Below, piece after piece: positions 1 to 9,543 of a stretch of DNA of 64,000 nucleotides. Both the position numbers and the translations under genes were made by a program. Position 1 is the stretch's first letter, and the number at the start of each line of letters is the position of its first letter. The notes under the pieces were generated by a model, which saw nothing but the letters and a program-made list of their open reading frames with translations, made no database searches and had not been told where the DNA came from. The stretch lies in assembly GCF_021028975.2 (NCBI RefSeq), contig NC_059430.1, positions 24,490,001 through 24,554,000 on the forward strand, in the 5' to 3' direction. This stretch comes from Sphaerodactylus townsendi. Its lineage: Eukaryota.

Positions 1-1030
1 TGTGACCTGCTTTTTTTTAAAATTTGAACTACATAACAAAAAAGACCCCTACCACAGAACACCCTTTCATAAGCTTGACTAAGCTCACCTTTTAAAATTC
101 ATTTCTTCTCTTTGGTGTTCCTTTTCTTACATGGTATAATTTTGAAAGACATTTGAAGTGGCTGTCCTTGTGAATTTTAAGTACACTTTTTTCTGCTGAA
201 TATATTCTCTCTATATAAATGTTTGGCTACCTCGTTTTTTTTGCCCCCTCCCCCCCAAATTTTTTTTCAAGAAAGATGTTGAGACTGAAATACTTTTGTG
301 CCTAGACTGGAAAGATGTTATCCCTTGGGTTTGTGATTGGGGGTGGGTGGGGGGGTAGAGAAAGGATGGTTCCCCTGGGTGTCCCACCTACACTATCTTT
401 GTGCCTCTCACTCCCTGTCTAAAGTTTTTGGGAACCCAACAGTGCTTTTTGCATGTTTGTTCTTCTAGCACAAACAAGTGTAGCGTGAACATCCAAACTG
501 ATTATTGGGTTTATGTTTAAAAGAAATGTGAAATAGAAACTCAGTTTCTTAAATATATATGCAAATTCCCACCTACCCTTCTCTCAAATTACCTAGGTCA
601 AGTACCAGGCTTCCTGCGTGGAAGCAGAAAAGAGGTGCCGAACAGGCTGACTTGCTGTTGTAACAAGAATAGAAGTCCAATTTCATCTCTGTGTTTCTGT
701 TCAGCCATTAAAATAAAGCTAGTTCTTGACTACTTGTCTTTAAAAGGAGGAAGAGGACAGTGTTGAAGAAAACACAAAGGATGATGGGGGGAAAGAAGTG
801 GTAGTTGTGCAGATTTTCAAATCCTCCACAGTTGCAGGCCATGGAATTTAGACAAGCTCAGACACGTAACCCCATCATGGATTAAATGTACTGTTTGTGA
901 ATTTGTATAAAAACAAAGATCCTCTTAAAACATTTTATATTCTTACAGTAAAAGGTTAAACTGATATTTATATAATAAAAAAGGAAATATGAAGTATGTT
1001 TTTGAAAAAAGTTGCATCTGTGTTGTCTTT
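1..1030 (+). terminator. Probable distal 3' UTR and polyadenylation region of an unidentified upstream host gene
   Basis: AT/T-rich and repeat-free. AATAAA at 712-717 and 974-979, TGTA elements upstream (887, 905), and a GT-rich downstream element (~1017-1030). Gene not recognised. Confidence 0.45.
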
Positions 1031-3645
1031 TAAAAGGCAGGTACATTGATCTACAAGTTGTGAGGAAAGGAAACTTACAGAGTTGTTGTCCTCTCTCTTC
1101 TCTATCAATGAGCAGTTTGGTCGAGTGAATCAAAGGAATTGGATGCCTTTGTCCATTCAGTGCAGGCGGCTGAATGACTTCAAAATCAGAAGTTCACAGC
1201 ACAGCAACTGGTTCCATTTGAGAGACAGATCTGTTAGAATTCCTAACTTCGCCTATGTTCTTTATGTGCAATTTGGAATTGAACCTGTCCAATAACAACT
1301 TTTAGCTCAGTTTTGGGCAAATGGCTGCTGATGTAATAGTGCAGGGAAGGGGGGGATACAGATGCAGGGAATGATAAGGCAGTTTCGGCTTTTTGTTTTC
1401 TAGCTGAAGTTAATAGATCAAACTTCAGTTTTGTGTGAGTGCATTAAAAATGAACTGTGTAAATGTGGGACAGGGTGAGAAAGAGAAGTATGATTGTGTC
1501 ACCTAAACTTTAAGTAAAAAGCTGAAAATGGATGTTTAAAACTGTCTAAAGCAGCATCCGTTTGTACCAGTCTGTACCTTTTGTGCAGAAATTGATGGGA
1601 GTTTTTTTTTAAACTGGTCCTAGAGTTTTAAAATAAGTGTTAGGGGTGAGGAAGACTTAGAGTACATAAAACAAAGCTGATCTCTTAAGTCATGCAGCTC
1701 AGCTTTCTCTCCCTTCTCTTTTCTTATTACAAGGGGGGGGGGTTAGAGAGAATGTGAAATGGTGGGAGGGGCTGCAGCCATTGTTCAGGAAAGTTAAAAG
1801 AGGAGCTGTCCTTGCTTGCTTGCTTGTTCAGTCATGCATACTGAATCTTGCTGTGTGAGGGTCCCTATGGAAGGGAGGAGGGGTGGTTCTTTCCTTCTTT
1901 TTAACATTCCTCTCCAGGCCTGGCTGTATTTAAGCTACTTTTCCTCCATGTGGAGGGCAGGGGTGGGGGATGGTCAGGAGTTCCTGTACATTTGCATTTC
2001 AAGCACTTCCAGCGGCTGTCGGAAAGCTACTCTGCTCCATTCCAACTGTTCTCTCCACTGCTCTCCGCTTATTCTCCCAACAACGTGCTTCAGGTACATC
2101 GGCCGGTTGATCATAGCAAAGGACCACGTGGTATTTTAGCTGTAGCATCACCTGCAGTGGCAATTTTCCCTCATGCTTCCAATGCATACTGACAGACTGA
2201 AGTACTGGGAATACTCTTTATGTTTTAGGACAGGAAAAAATATTATGATGTTTCTGCCTTGGGTGGGAAGGGAGGGGAACCCACCCTTGTATTCAGAATA
2301 ATGTTTTACTGGACCTCCACTGTGCTCTCAAGAGGAAACCAGTACCTAAATTACCATTGCTGTTTTTATTTAAAACCTTTCATGCTTTCTACTGGGAGTG
2401 GGTCACAAAAGCTACATTGTTCTCTTTGGCAAAAGCCACCACAATTGGATCTAATTGAGCCTGACAGTATATCAATCTTCTTTTACATAGAGGGGGGTAT
2501 AAGGCCATAAGGCCTACTTCAATATATTTTTTTCTTTGCCCTGTATTAAAAAATCTAGAATAGCTTTGTGACTGAAGAGTGTATGGACCCTACTAAAATA
2601 AGAATTCCTGACCAGGAGGCACAATTTATGAATACTAGAGACAAGCTGCCCTTGAAATAGCCAGCAAGCAGAAATAAATTTGTAGCAGATCAGTTGATAA
2701 AGCATACCTCCTGTTCGAATACAATGTTACTGCATTTGGGTACAGAAGTGCCATCTGGCACAACAGATTGATAGAAATTTCCTTTTAAAGTTTTCCTGAA
2801 ACTAAACTTTTCTAACATTACAATTTTGTTTAAAAGCACCAGCTTTTTAGTACATGGTTAAACTTTATATACACCTTGCTATAGAGCAAATTAAACAATT
2901 CATTTTGAATGCTAAGTACCTATATGTTGTATGTACCAGACCCAGCTGGAACAACATGTTGCAATTTGAGTAACCTTCTCTTACACGTGGAGAGTAGGCA
3001 GGTTTACACATGGATGCCTAGTGATTTCATGGCTGAGCAGCAGGTCTCAGAGGATCAAGGACAACTAGATTCCCCGAACAAGAAGGCCTGACTCAAGCGG
3101 CTTCTTTCTGATTATTATTTTTTTGCCATCGTCACGCCCCTGGTATTCTTTGGGGGTCCGGCATCCAAATACTTGCCAGGGCTGAGGCTGAGAGTGTAAG
3201 ACTGGCCAAAGGTCCAGAAAGTTTCCATAGCAGAATGGGATTCAGACCTGGGTTTTCCACATACTTGTCTGACACTTAACCATTGCACCAAGCTGGCTCT
3301 TTCTAAATAGCTAAAGCCAAACCGAGCATGTATTTTGTTTTCAAATTCTATTATGTTTCATAAGCGTATAATCTAAAAATGGCACTATTAAGAGCAAAAA
3401 ACTGGTTTCTTTCACCAAACTTCCCCGAAACACACAGAACTGAAAGTTGAAAGTTTTATTTTCACTTCAGAAATATTTGCCCTTCCTCAATTTTTGGGAA
3501 AGTCACTATTAGACACAAGGTGCAATCCTGAGTACACAGAATCAAGCGGAACTTGCGTGTGAGTTAGCTTATTGTTTTATTTAAAAGATTTAGATCTCAT
3601 CTTTCAGCCCAGTCAGGTCCACCCAGGCATGCAACAACTAAAACC

Positions 3646-3792
3646 AGAGAACGGTCAATTGGTTCACTTACCGTGAAGAGACCTTCTCTTGTAGGCGGAG
3701 ACCATCTTGGTGGGTGGTTTCCACCCCCGACTCAGGGAGGCAGGAAGAAGAATTCCGTCACTTCCTGTCGAGGCTGAGGTCCAATTAGCCAG
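3646..3792 (-). repeat. DIRS copy A right ITR plus ~37-nt 3' terminal extension (rE)
   Basis: 3702-3792 is the reverse complement of 9273-9363. 3646-3710 is the exact reverse complement of the ICR 5' half starting at 4024. Confidence 0.93.
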
Positions 3793-4023
3793 TATCCGAT
3801 TGACTGAGCAGTATAAGTAACAGTAGGAAAAAGCAAGAGTCTCACAGGAGACAAACAACAAGAACTTAACTAACGACATTAACTAAGCCCTTACTATAAC
3901 GACAACTGTCTAAGGGTACGTACCCGAGTTGGGCAATGATGAAGAACCTAAACGGATTTTCTAAGGTAGGTTTTTTGGTCAGTAGTGGAACTCATTCTAT
4001 TACTTAACGACGCACAGGGAGGG

Positions 4024-4113
4024 CCAAGATGGTCTCCGCCTACAAGAGAAGGTCTCTTCACGGTAAGTGAACCAATTGACCGTTCTCTTGGAGGCGTCGT
4101 CCATCTTGGTGGG
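4024..4113 (+). repeat. DIRS copy A internal complementary region (ICR, circle-junction template)
   Basis: Reads CCAAGATGG...AATTGACCG-TTCTCT-TGGAGGCGTCGTCCATCTTGGTGGG, i.e. the element 3' end joined to the element 5' start, on the opposite strand. Confidence 0.95.
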
Positions 4114-4151
4114 ACCTCCCAAAGCAGTGTCCCTAAACGGGGGGGCTGTCG

Positions 4152-6137
4152 TTAAGCCTCTATAATGTGTTCCAGTACCCTACAGCCAAAGACCGTGTCA
4201 GCTGCCCCCCATGATTGAAGCTTGTAGTGCTTCACAAAGGTGGAGGGGGTTGACCAGATAGCTGCCTTGCAAATCTGTTAGACAGAGGCATTATGCCTGA
4301 AGGCCGCTGACCTGGTGGAATGGGCTGTGATCCCTAGTGGGACTGGAATGTCCAAGGACTTGTAAGACTCCACAATGCAAGCTTTTAGGTTAGCACTGAT
4401 GGAAGCTGTAGACATGGCGTGACCTAATTTAGGATTTTCTATATTGATGAACAGCGTTTGAGTTTTCCTAAATAGTTCCGTTCTTATGATGAAGGTCTTG
4501 ATCGCCCTTCTAGCGTCCAGGGTATGCCATGAACGTTCTTTTGGGTGAGTAGGTCGAGGACAGAAGGTTGGAAGCACAATGTCCTGCTGTAAGTGGAAGG
4601 CGGATGCTGCTTTTGGTCGAAAGGTAGGGTCCATACGGAGGACTACTTTGTCGTCATGGAAGACGCATAGGTTGGGATTGATGGAAAGGGCGCGAATTTC
4701 TGAAACCCTCCTTGCTGATGTGATGGCCGTTAGGAAGAGTGCCTTCATCCTGAGCCATTTCAGGGGGATAGTTTGGATCGGCTCGAAGGGGGCTTTAGTG
4801 AGGGCTGACAAGACTGTGTGTAGCCTCCAGGAAGGGAACCGGTGGCAGATGGGGGGCTGAGACTGTTGAACCCCTTTTAGGAAACGGATCACATCTGGGT
4901 GTTGTGTGGCCGGAAACCCCTGAAAATGGTGCCAGACCGTGGAGAGGGCCGCGACTTGCCTTTTTAAGGTGTTGCTTCTGAGTCCGGCCCGGAAACCGTC
5001 TTGGAGGAAATCTAGGACGGAAGAAAGCGGAGGGGATTCTGGATCAATTCTCTTCGATCTGGCCCAAGCAACAAAGCGTTTCCACGTATAGTTGTAGATC
5101 CGTAGAGTGGCTGGTCTTCTGGAGGCCAGAAGGGTGTTGGTCACCTCTCTGGAGTAACCCTTCTTAATTAACTTCTGCCGTTCAACAGCCAAACGGTCAG
5201 TTTTAGCCAGTCTGGGTTGGGATGAAACAGGGGTCCCTGATGAAGTAATTCTGGGAAGACTGGGATCTGGAATGGAGGAGACGTGGCCAATTCTTGAATT
5301 GTTGAAAACCAAGGTCTTCTTGGCCACAAAGGTGCTACCAGAATCACACGAGCTCCCTCTGCAATGATCTTCCTGAGCAGTTTGGGAATGATCGGGATCG
5401 GTGGAAAAGCATATAACAGGCCGGGGGGCCATTGACTTGACAGGGCATCCACTGCCATTGCCTGACGGTGATAGAATCTGGACATAAAGGTCGGGACTTG
5501 TGCATTCTGAGGCGTGGCGAACAAGTCGATGATTGGTCGTCCGAATCTGCGTGTGATGTTCAAGAAGGTCTGTCTGTTCAAGGACCATTCCGCTGGGGAG
5601 ACTGTTTGCCGGCTCAACCAGTCCGCGTTGAGGTTCAGGGTGCCCTTGATGTGTTCCGCCTTGATGCTCAAGAGGTTGATCTCTGCCCATGCTATTATCT
5701 TGGCAGCTTCTCTGAACAGACGTGAGGATCGTGAGCCACCCTGATTGTTGAGATACGACCTGGCCGCAATGTTGTCTGTACGTATCAGAATGTGCTGGCC
5801 CAATATGTGGGTCCGGAGAGACTGGAGGGCCAATAAGATCGCTCTTACCTCCAACACGTTGATGGGTAGTTTGGAGGTTTGCTTGTCCCACTTCCCCTGT
5901 GTGTAGTGTTGGTTGAGACTGGCACCCCAGCCTTGTAGGCTGGCGTCTGTGAATATTTGAAGCTGATTTGGAAACAGAAATTGTTTTCCGTGATTGAGGT
6001 TCTGATGTTGCAGCCACCATTGCATCTGTTTCTTGAGGGAGCGTGGTAGAAGGATGGAACGATCCCGCTTGTGGATAATGTCCTGCTGGAACGGGCGGAG
6101 AAGAAACTGCAGGGGACGAGCATGGAATCTTCCCCAT
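4152..6137 (-). pseudogene. DIRS tyrosine recombinase (ORF3), disrupted by premature TAA at 4278-4280
   Basis: Has AITSARRVSEI and AHSTR motifs. After the stop the frame continues QICKAAIWSTPSTFVKHYKL...VLEHIIEA* to 4152, so the catalytic Tyr lies beyond the stop. About 4 codons are missing after STRSAA relative to copy C. The recognisable YR domain starts near 5200; the upstream part overlaps pol. Confidence 0.9.
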
Positions 6138-7273
6138 TGTGTCAGGTCTATAGCTGATATTAGAATTCCTAGGAGTTTTACCAGGAACAGAAGAGAAGCG
6201 GTTTTGGGATGCATGAGGGATCCCACCATCTGCTGAATCTTGTGAATCTTCTCCTCTGGGAGGAAGAGCGAGCTCTGAGTGGAGTCGATGATGGCTCCCA
6301 GATGGAGGATCCGTTGAGTAGGAGACAGGTTGCTCTTTTCTCTGTTGATTAGGAACCCGTGTTGTTGAAGGGTGTTGATGACCTGTTCCAGGTCCTGCAA
6401 GGCCTTGATCTTGGTCCTGGAACGTATTAGCAGGTCATCGAGGTAAGGGTGTATGTGGATCCCCCGATGTCTGAGTAGGGTTATCGGGGCCAGGAGGGTC
6501 TTGGAGAAAACACGGGGGGCCGAGGCTAGGCCAAACGGGAGAGCCCTGAATTGATAGTGGTTGTTTTCCACTGCAAATCTTAAAAATTTTCTGTGTGAGG
6601 GTCTGATGGGTATGTGAAGGTAGGCCTCTGCCAGGTCTAGTGAGGCCATGAAGTCTCCCGGACTGAGGGCTTCCAAGATGGTGCGGAGAGATTCCATCTT
6701 GAACCTTCGCAGTTTTAGAAATTTGTTGACTGTTCTGAGGTTGAGAATTGCCCTCCAGTCCCCGTTCTTTTTGGGGACCGTAAAGAAATGAGAGTAATGA
6801 CCTGAGAAGGTTTCCTCCCTCGGAACCGGTTCTATGGCGTTGATTGATAGAAGGTGTGCTATGGCCTTCAGAGTTCTGGAGGCTTTTTCCTTTTGGTTGC
6901 TGAGTGGGGAAGGAATGAACCGAGGGGGAGGGAAGGAAAGAAACTCTATTGCGTATCCTTGGGAAATCGTCTCCTTCGTCCATGCATCTGCGTGTTCGTG
7001 TTCCCAAGCCTGTTGGAAGAGAAGGAGACGTCCCCCAACAGGAGAGGAGTCAGGATTTTGTTGCTCCCTCCTGTCTGTTGCCCTTGTCAAATCTGGGTCT
7101 GAAGTTCCCTCTTTTACGAAAGGAACCGGATCCTCTGTTAGACCAAGAGTTGTTTCTGGAATCCCTGGGAAACCAGGAGGAGGTCTTACCGTCCCTTGGG
7201 GCTCTAGGGAGTACTCTGTGGGAGCAAAAGAAAGATGTTGAGGGAGAGGACCTGGTCCAGCTCTTGTTTCCAT
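5168..7273 (-). CDS. DIRS pol: reverse transcriptase, RNase H and adenine-methyltransferase-like domain (701 aa, intact)
   Basis: RT motifs VPKKNGDWRAILNL, LDLAEAYLHIPI, LPFGL, YLDD. RNase H motifs TDAS, INVLE, TDN, ADWLSR. C-terminal IDLFA...LYAFPP domain typical of DIRS1. Confidence 0.95.
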   Translation of the reverse strand: METRAGPGPLPQHLSFAPTEYSLEPQGTVRPPPGFPGIPETTLGLTEDPVPFVKEGTSDPDLTRATDRREQQNPDSSPVGGRLLLFQQAWEHEHADAWTKETISQGYAIEFLSFPPPRFIPSPLSNQKEKASRTLKAIAHLLSINAIEPVPREETFSGHYSHFFTVPKKNGDWRAILNLRTVNKFLKLRRFKMESLRTILEALSPGDFMASLDLAEAYLHIPIRPSHRKFLRFAVENNHYQFRALPFGLASAPRVFSKTLLAPITLLRHRGIHIHPYLDDLLIRSRTKIKALQDLEQVINTLQQHGFLINREKSNLSPTQRILHLGAIIDSTQSSLFLPEEKIHKIQQMVGSLMHPKTASLLFLVKLLGILISAIDLTQWGRFHARPLQFLLRPFQQDIIHKRDRSILLPRSLKKQMQWWLQHQNLNHGKQFLFPNQLQIFTDASLQGWGASLNQHYTQGKWDKQTSKLPINVLEVRAILLALQSLRTHILGQHILIRTDNIAARSYLNNQGGSRSSRLFREAAKIIAWAEINLLSIKAEHIKGTLNLNADWLSRQTVSPAEWSLNRQTFLNITRRFGRPIIDLFATPQNAQVPTFMSRFYHRQAMAVDALSSQWPPGLLYAFPPIPIIPKLLRKIIAEGARVILVAPLWPRRPWFSTIQELATSPPFQIPVFPELLHQGPLFHPNPDWLKLTVWLLNGRS

Positions 7274-9035
7274 CTGAACGGAGAAACTTTGGGAGGGTCT
7301 TCTTTTTATCTTTGGTCTCTACCAAAATGGGTTGCAGGTCTTCTCCGAAGAGTGCCTGACCTTGGAAGGAGTAACTTGTGAGGAGGGTTTTGGAATGCAC
7401 ATCTGCTTGCCATGATCTGACCCACGCGTTGCGGCGAGCGACCAAAGAAGAGGCTATGGCTCTTGAGGATAAGATGATGGCATCTAAGGTGGCATCTGCT
7501 ATAAAGGCTGCGCCTGTTTTGATGCGATCCAAGCCTTCTCTGACAGCAACCTGCTCAGGGGGCAGGAGTTCCAGGGCACGGTTTGCCCATACAAGCAAGG
7601 CCCTCGCAACCGTGGATGCTGGAGCAAGTGCTTTTACAGAGCTGGCGATGGATTCGTGGGAGCGCTTAAGCATGGCATCAGTTCTTTTGTCGAGAGGGTC
7701 GCAGATGTTACCCTCTCCTTCCTTAACTAAGAGGCCTGATGATTGAATAGCCACTATGGGTGCCTCTACCGGTGGCACTTGCAGGATAGATTCCACGTAT
7801 TCCGGCACTAGGTACCGTTTCTTAATGGAGGAAAGACTGTGTTTGTTTGCCGCTGGGTTCTCCCATTCTTTTTTGATTTTCTTGATGAAGAACTCGGGAA
7901 TAGGGAAGACCAGCCGAGCCTCCTCATCCTGAGGGGAAAAGCGTGTGCTGCCTTTGGGGCAGCCCTTAATGGGTGGTAGAGAAGCAGCGGCGCCTGGGAC
8001 TTGAGCGTCTTCTGTATCTTGCAAATCTAAGGCGGTAGTAGTTTTTGCAATGAGGAAGGCCAGCTCTTCGTCTTTGAAACATTTGTAGGAGTTATCTGGT
8101 AGGGCTGGTAGCTCTTCAGAATCAGAAAAATGGACCGTGTCCTGTTCCTCTTCCTCTACGCTCACTTCCTCATCTCCAGGGAAGTGGAGTGGGTCTGTTG
8201 ATGGGAGTCTAGGGTAACCCCTAGTTTGCCCATGGGGAGGGGAAGGTGGGTCCTGTGGGGGGAACCCAGGGTGGCCCCTAGGGTGTCCCTGGTATGAAGG
8301 TCCTGGACCCTGCGATGGGGAGCTAGGGTAACCCCTAGACCCATGCGCACCAGTCTGAGTTGCCCCTGACAGGTTCTCAGCCTGTCTGTGAAACTGCAGC
8401 ATTTTGTCTTCAATGGCTTTATTAAGAAAGGAGGCGAAATCCGCAGGGGAGAGGGATTGCCAATCAAAAGGGGACTCAGCGTTAACCATTACTTCCCCTC
8501 CCTCCAATTCCATGGTGTTTTCCCCCTCGCGGGGGGGTACTTGCCTGAGTACTACTGAGGTCTGGTCAAGCGCTGCGTTAGAGGTGGGAGAGGGCATCCG
8601 TTCTCCCTCTGTGAGCGCCGTCTGGGCCATTTGGATGTTTTCCCTGCCCAGAGCAGTCGGGGCGGGGGTCGTTGCCGAGTGCGCGCCTGAGGAGGAAGCC
8701 GGGGCGCTTGAGTGCTCGGGCGCTCTCCGCGGAGGAGAGAAGGAAGTAGCCGGGAAGGCGAGCTGGCGCTTGGGATGCGGTTCGTCCGTCGGAGCCCTCG
8801 CGCGGTCCTGCGTTGCGGCGGGGGCGGAGCTGGCGCGCTTCGCAAGCGGCTTCTTGCCGCGGTCCGCTGTGGCGCTCGGAGCGCCGTTGCCTGGGTGTCC
8901 GGGCGTTTGTTGAGGGAAGCCCCTGGGGGGGTCTGCGGTTAGGGCGGGGTTCAGCCGTTTGTTAGAAGCCCTAGTGGCTTCTGCCGCCGAGCGGTGAAAG
9001 TTCCCTCTCCGGGGAGAGAAGCGTTGGGCAGCCAT
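7050..9035 (-). CDS. DIRS gag-like ORF1 (LAP2alpha-C-like helical domain), intact
   Basis: ATG at 9035 (MAAQRFSP...). Disordered N-terminus, acidic linker, then IKKEWENP, PPVEAPI, DPLDKRTD, ARRNAWVRSW, FQGQALFG motifs shared with copies B and C. Confidence 0.88.
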   Translation of the reverse strand: MAAQRFSPRRGNFHRSAAEATRASNKRLNPALTADPPRGFPQQTPGHPGNGAPSATADRGKKPLAKRASSAPAATQDRARAPTDEPHPKRQLAFPATSFSPPRRAPEHSSAPASSSGAHSATTPAPTALGRENIQMAQTALTEGERMPSPTSNAALDQTSVVLRQVPPREGENTMELEGGEVMVNAESPFDWQSLSPADFASFLNKAIEDKMLQFHRQAENLSGATQTGAHGSRGYPSSPSQGPGPSYQGHPRGHPGFPPQDPPSPPHGQTRGYPRLPSTDPLHFPGDEEVSVEEEEQDTVHFSDSEELPALPDNSYKCFKDEELAFLIAKTTTALDLQDTEDAQVPGAAASLPPIKGCPKGSTRFSPQDEEARLVFPIPEFFIKKIKKEWENPAANKHSLSSIKKRYLVPEYVESILQVPPVEAPIVAIQSSGLLVKEGEGNICDPLDKRTDAMLKRSHESIASSVKALAPASTVARALLVWANRALELLPPEQVAVREGLDRIKTGAAFIADATLDAIILSSRAIASSLVARRNAWVRSWQADVHSKTLLTSYSFQGQALFGEDLQPILVETKDKKKTLPKFLRSDGNKSWTRSSPSTSFFCSHRVLPRAPRDGKTSSWFPRDSRNNSWSNRGSGSFRKRGNFRPRFDKGNRQEGATKS

Positions 9036-9272
9036 TTTGGGGTTGACTCTTTCTCTCACTCTTTTTGGAGGGGGAAGAGGTGGGGGGGGGGAGGGGGGAA
9101 CTGGTTTCCCTAGCCCCTACTTACTGTTAGACAAAGACAAAGAATCAGAGAGAATCAGAAAGGAGAGAGAGACAGAGACAGGAGGACGGATTAAGCCTTG
9201 TAGCGTTGAGGAGAAAATTCAGGTACGGAGGACCAAGAATCTCATGCACTCCCTGTCGAGGCAGGAAAGGAT

Positions 9273-9381
9273 CTGGCTAATTGGACCTCAGCCTCGACAG
9301 AAAGTGACGGAATTCTTCTTCCTGCCTCCCTGAGTCGGGGGTGGAAACCACCCACCAAGATGGACGACGCCTCCAAGAGAA
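9273..9381 (-). repeat. DIRS copy A left ITR
   Basis: Inverted match to 3702-3792. The outer 31 nt match the ICR 3' half (4083-4113). Confidence 0.93.
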
Positions 9382-9418
9382 GTATAAAAGAACATCATAA
9401 GATAAGTTAAAGTTGGAA

Positions 9419-9426
9419 CACACATG

Positions 9427-9486
<60 letters not shown>
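9419..9486. repeat. (CA)n microsatellite
   Basis: Seen directly. Confidence 0.97.
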
Positions 9487-9489
<3 letters not shown>

Positions 9490-9543
9490 TCATCAGTTAA
9501 AAACCTAGGGCAGGGTGAATATCCTTGTGAAAGGAGCTCCATA

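Larger units (their letters stand above)
3646..9381 (-). mobile_element. Full-length DIRS1-like tyrosine-recombinase retrotransposon (copy A)
   Basis: Overlapping gag, RT-RNaseH-MT and YR ORFs. Inverted terminal repeats (3702-3792 vs 9273-9363, 1 mismatch). ICR at 4024-4113 is complementary to both termini. AGAGAA present at both junctions. Confidence 0.97.

Noticed and set aside
1-1030. Assigning a gene name to the 3' UTR-like region or to the CpG-island gene
   Set aside because: No coding sequence in the window, so identity cannot be supported without a homology search.
1816-2192. Possible small coding exon or microprotein
   Set aside because: Several short frames on both strands, none resembling a known protein and no coherent splice-site pair.
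4272-4280. Programmed readthrough of the YR stop (TAA CAG ATT)
   Set aside because: Only a partial match to the leaky CARYYA context, TAA is the least leaky stop, copy C has Glu at this position, and a nearby deletion points to ordinary decay.
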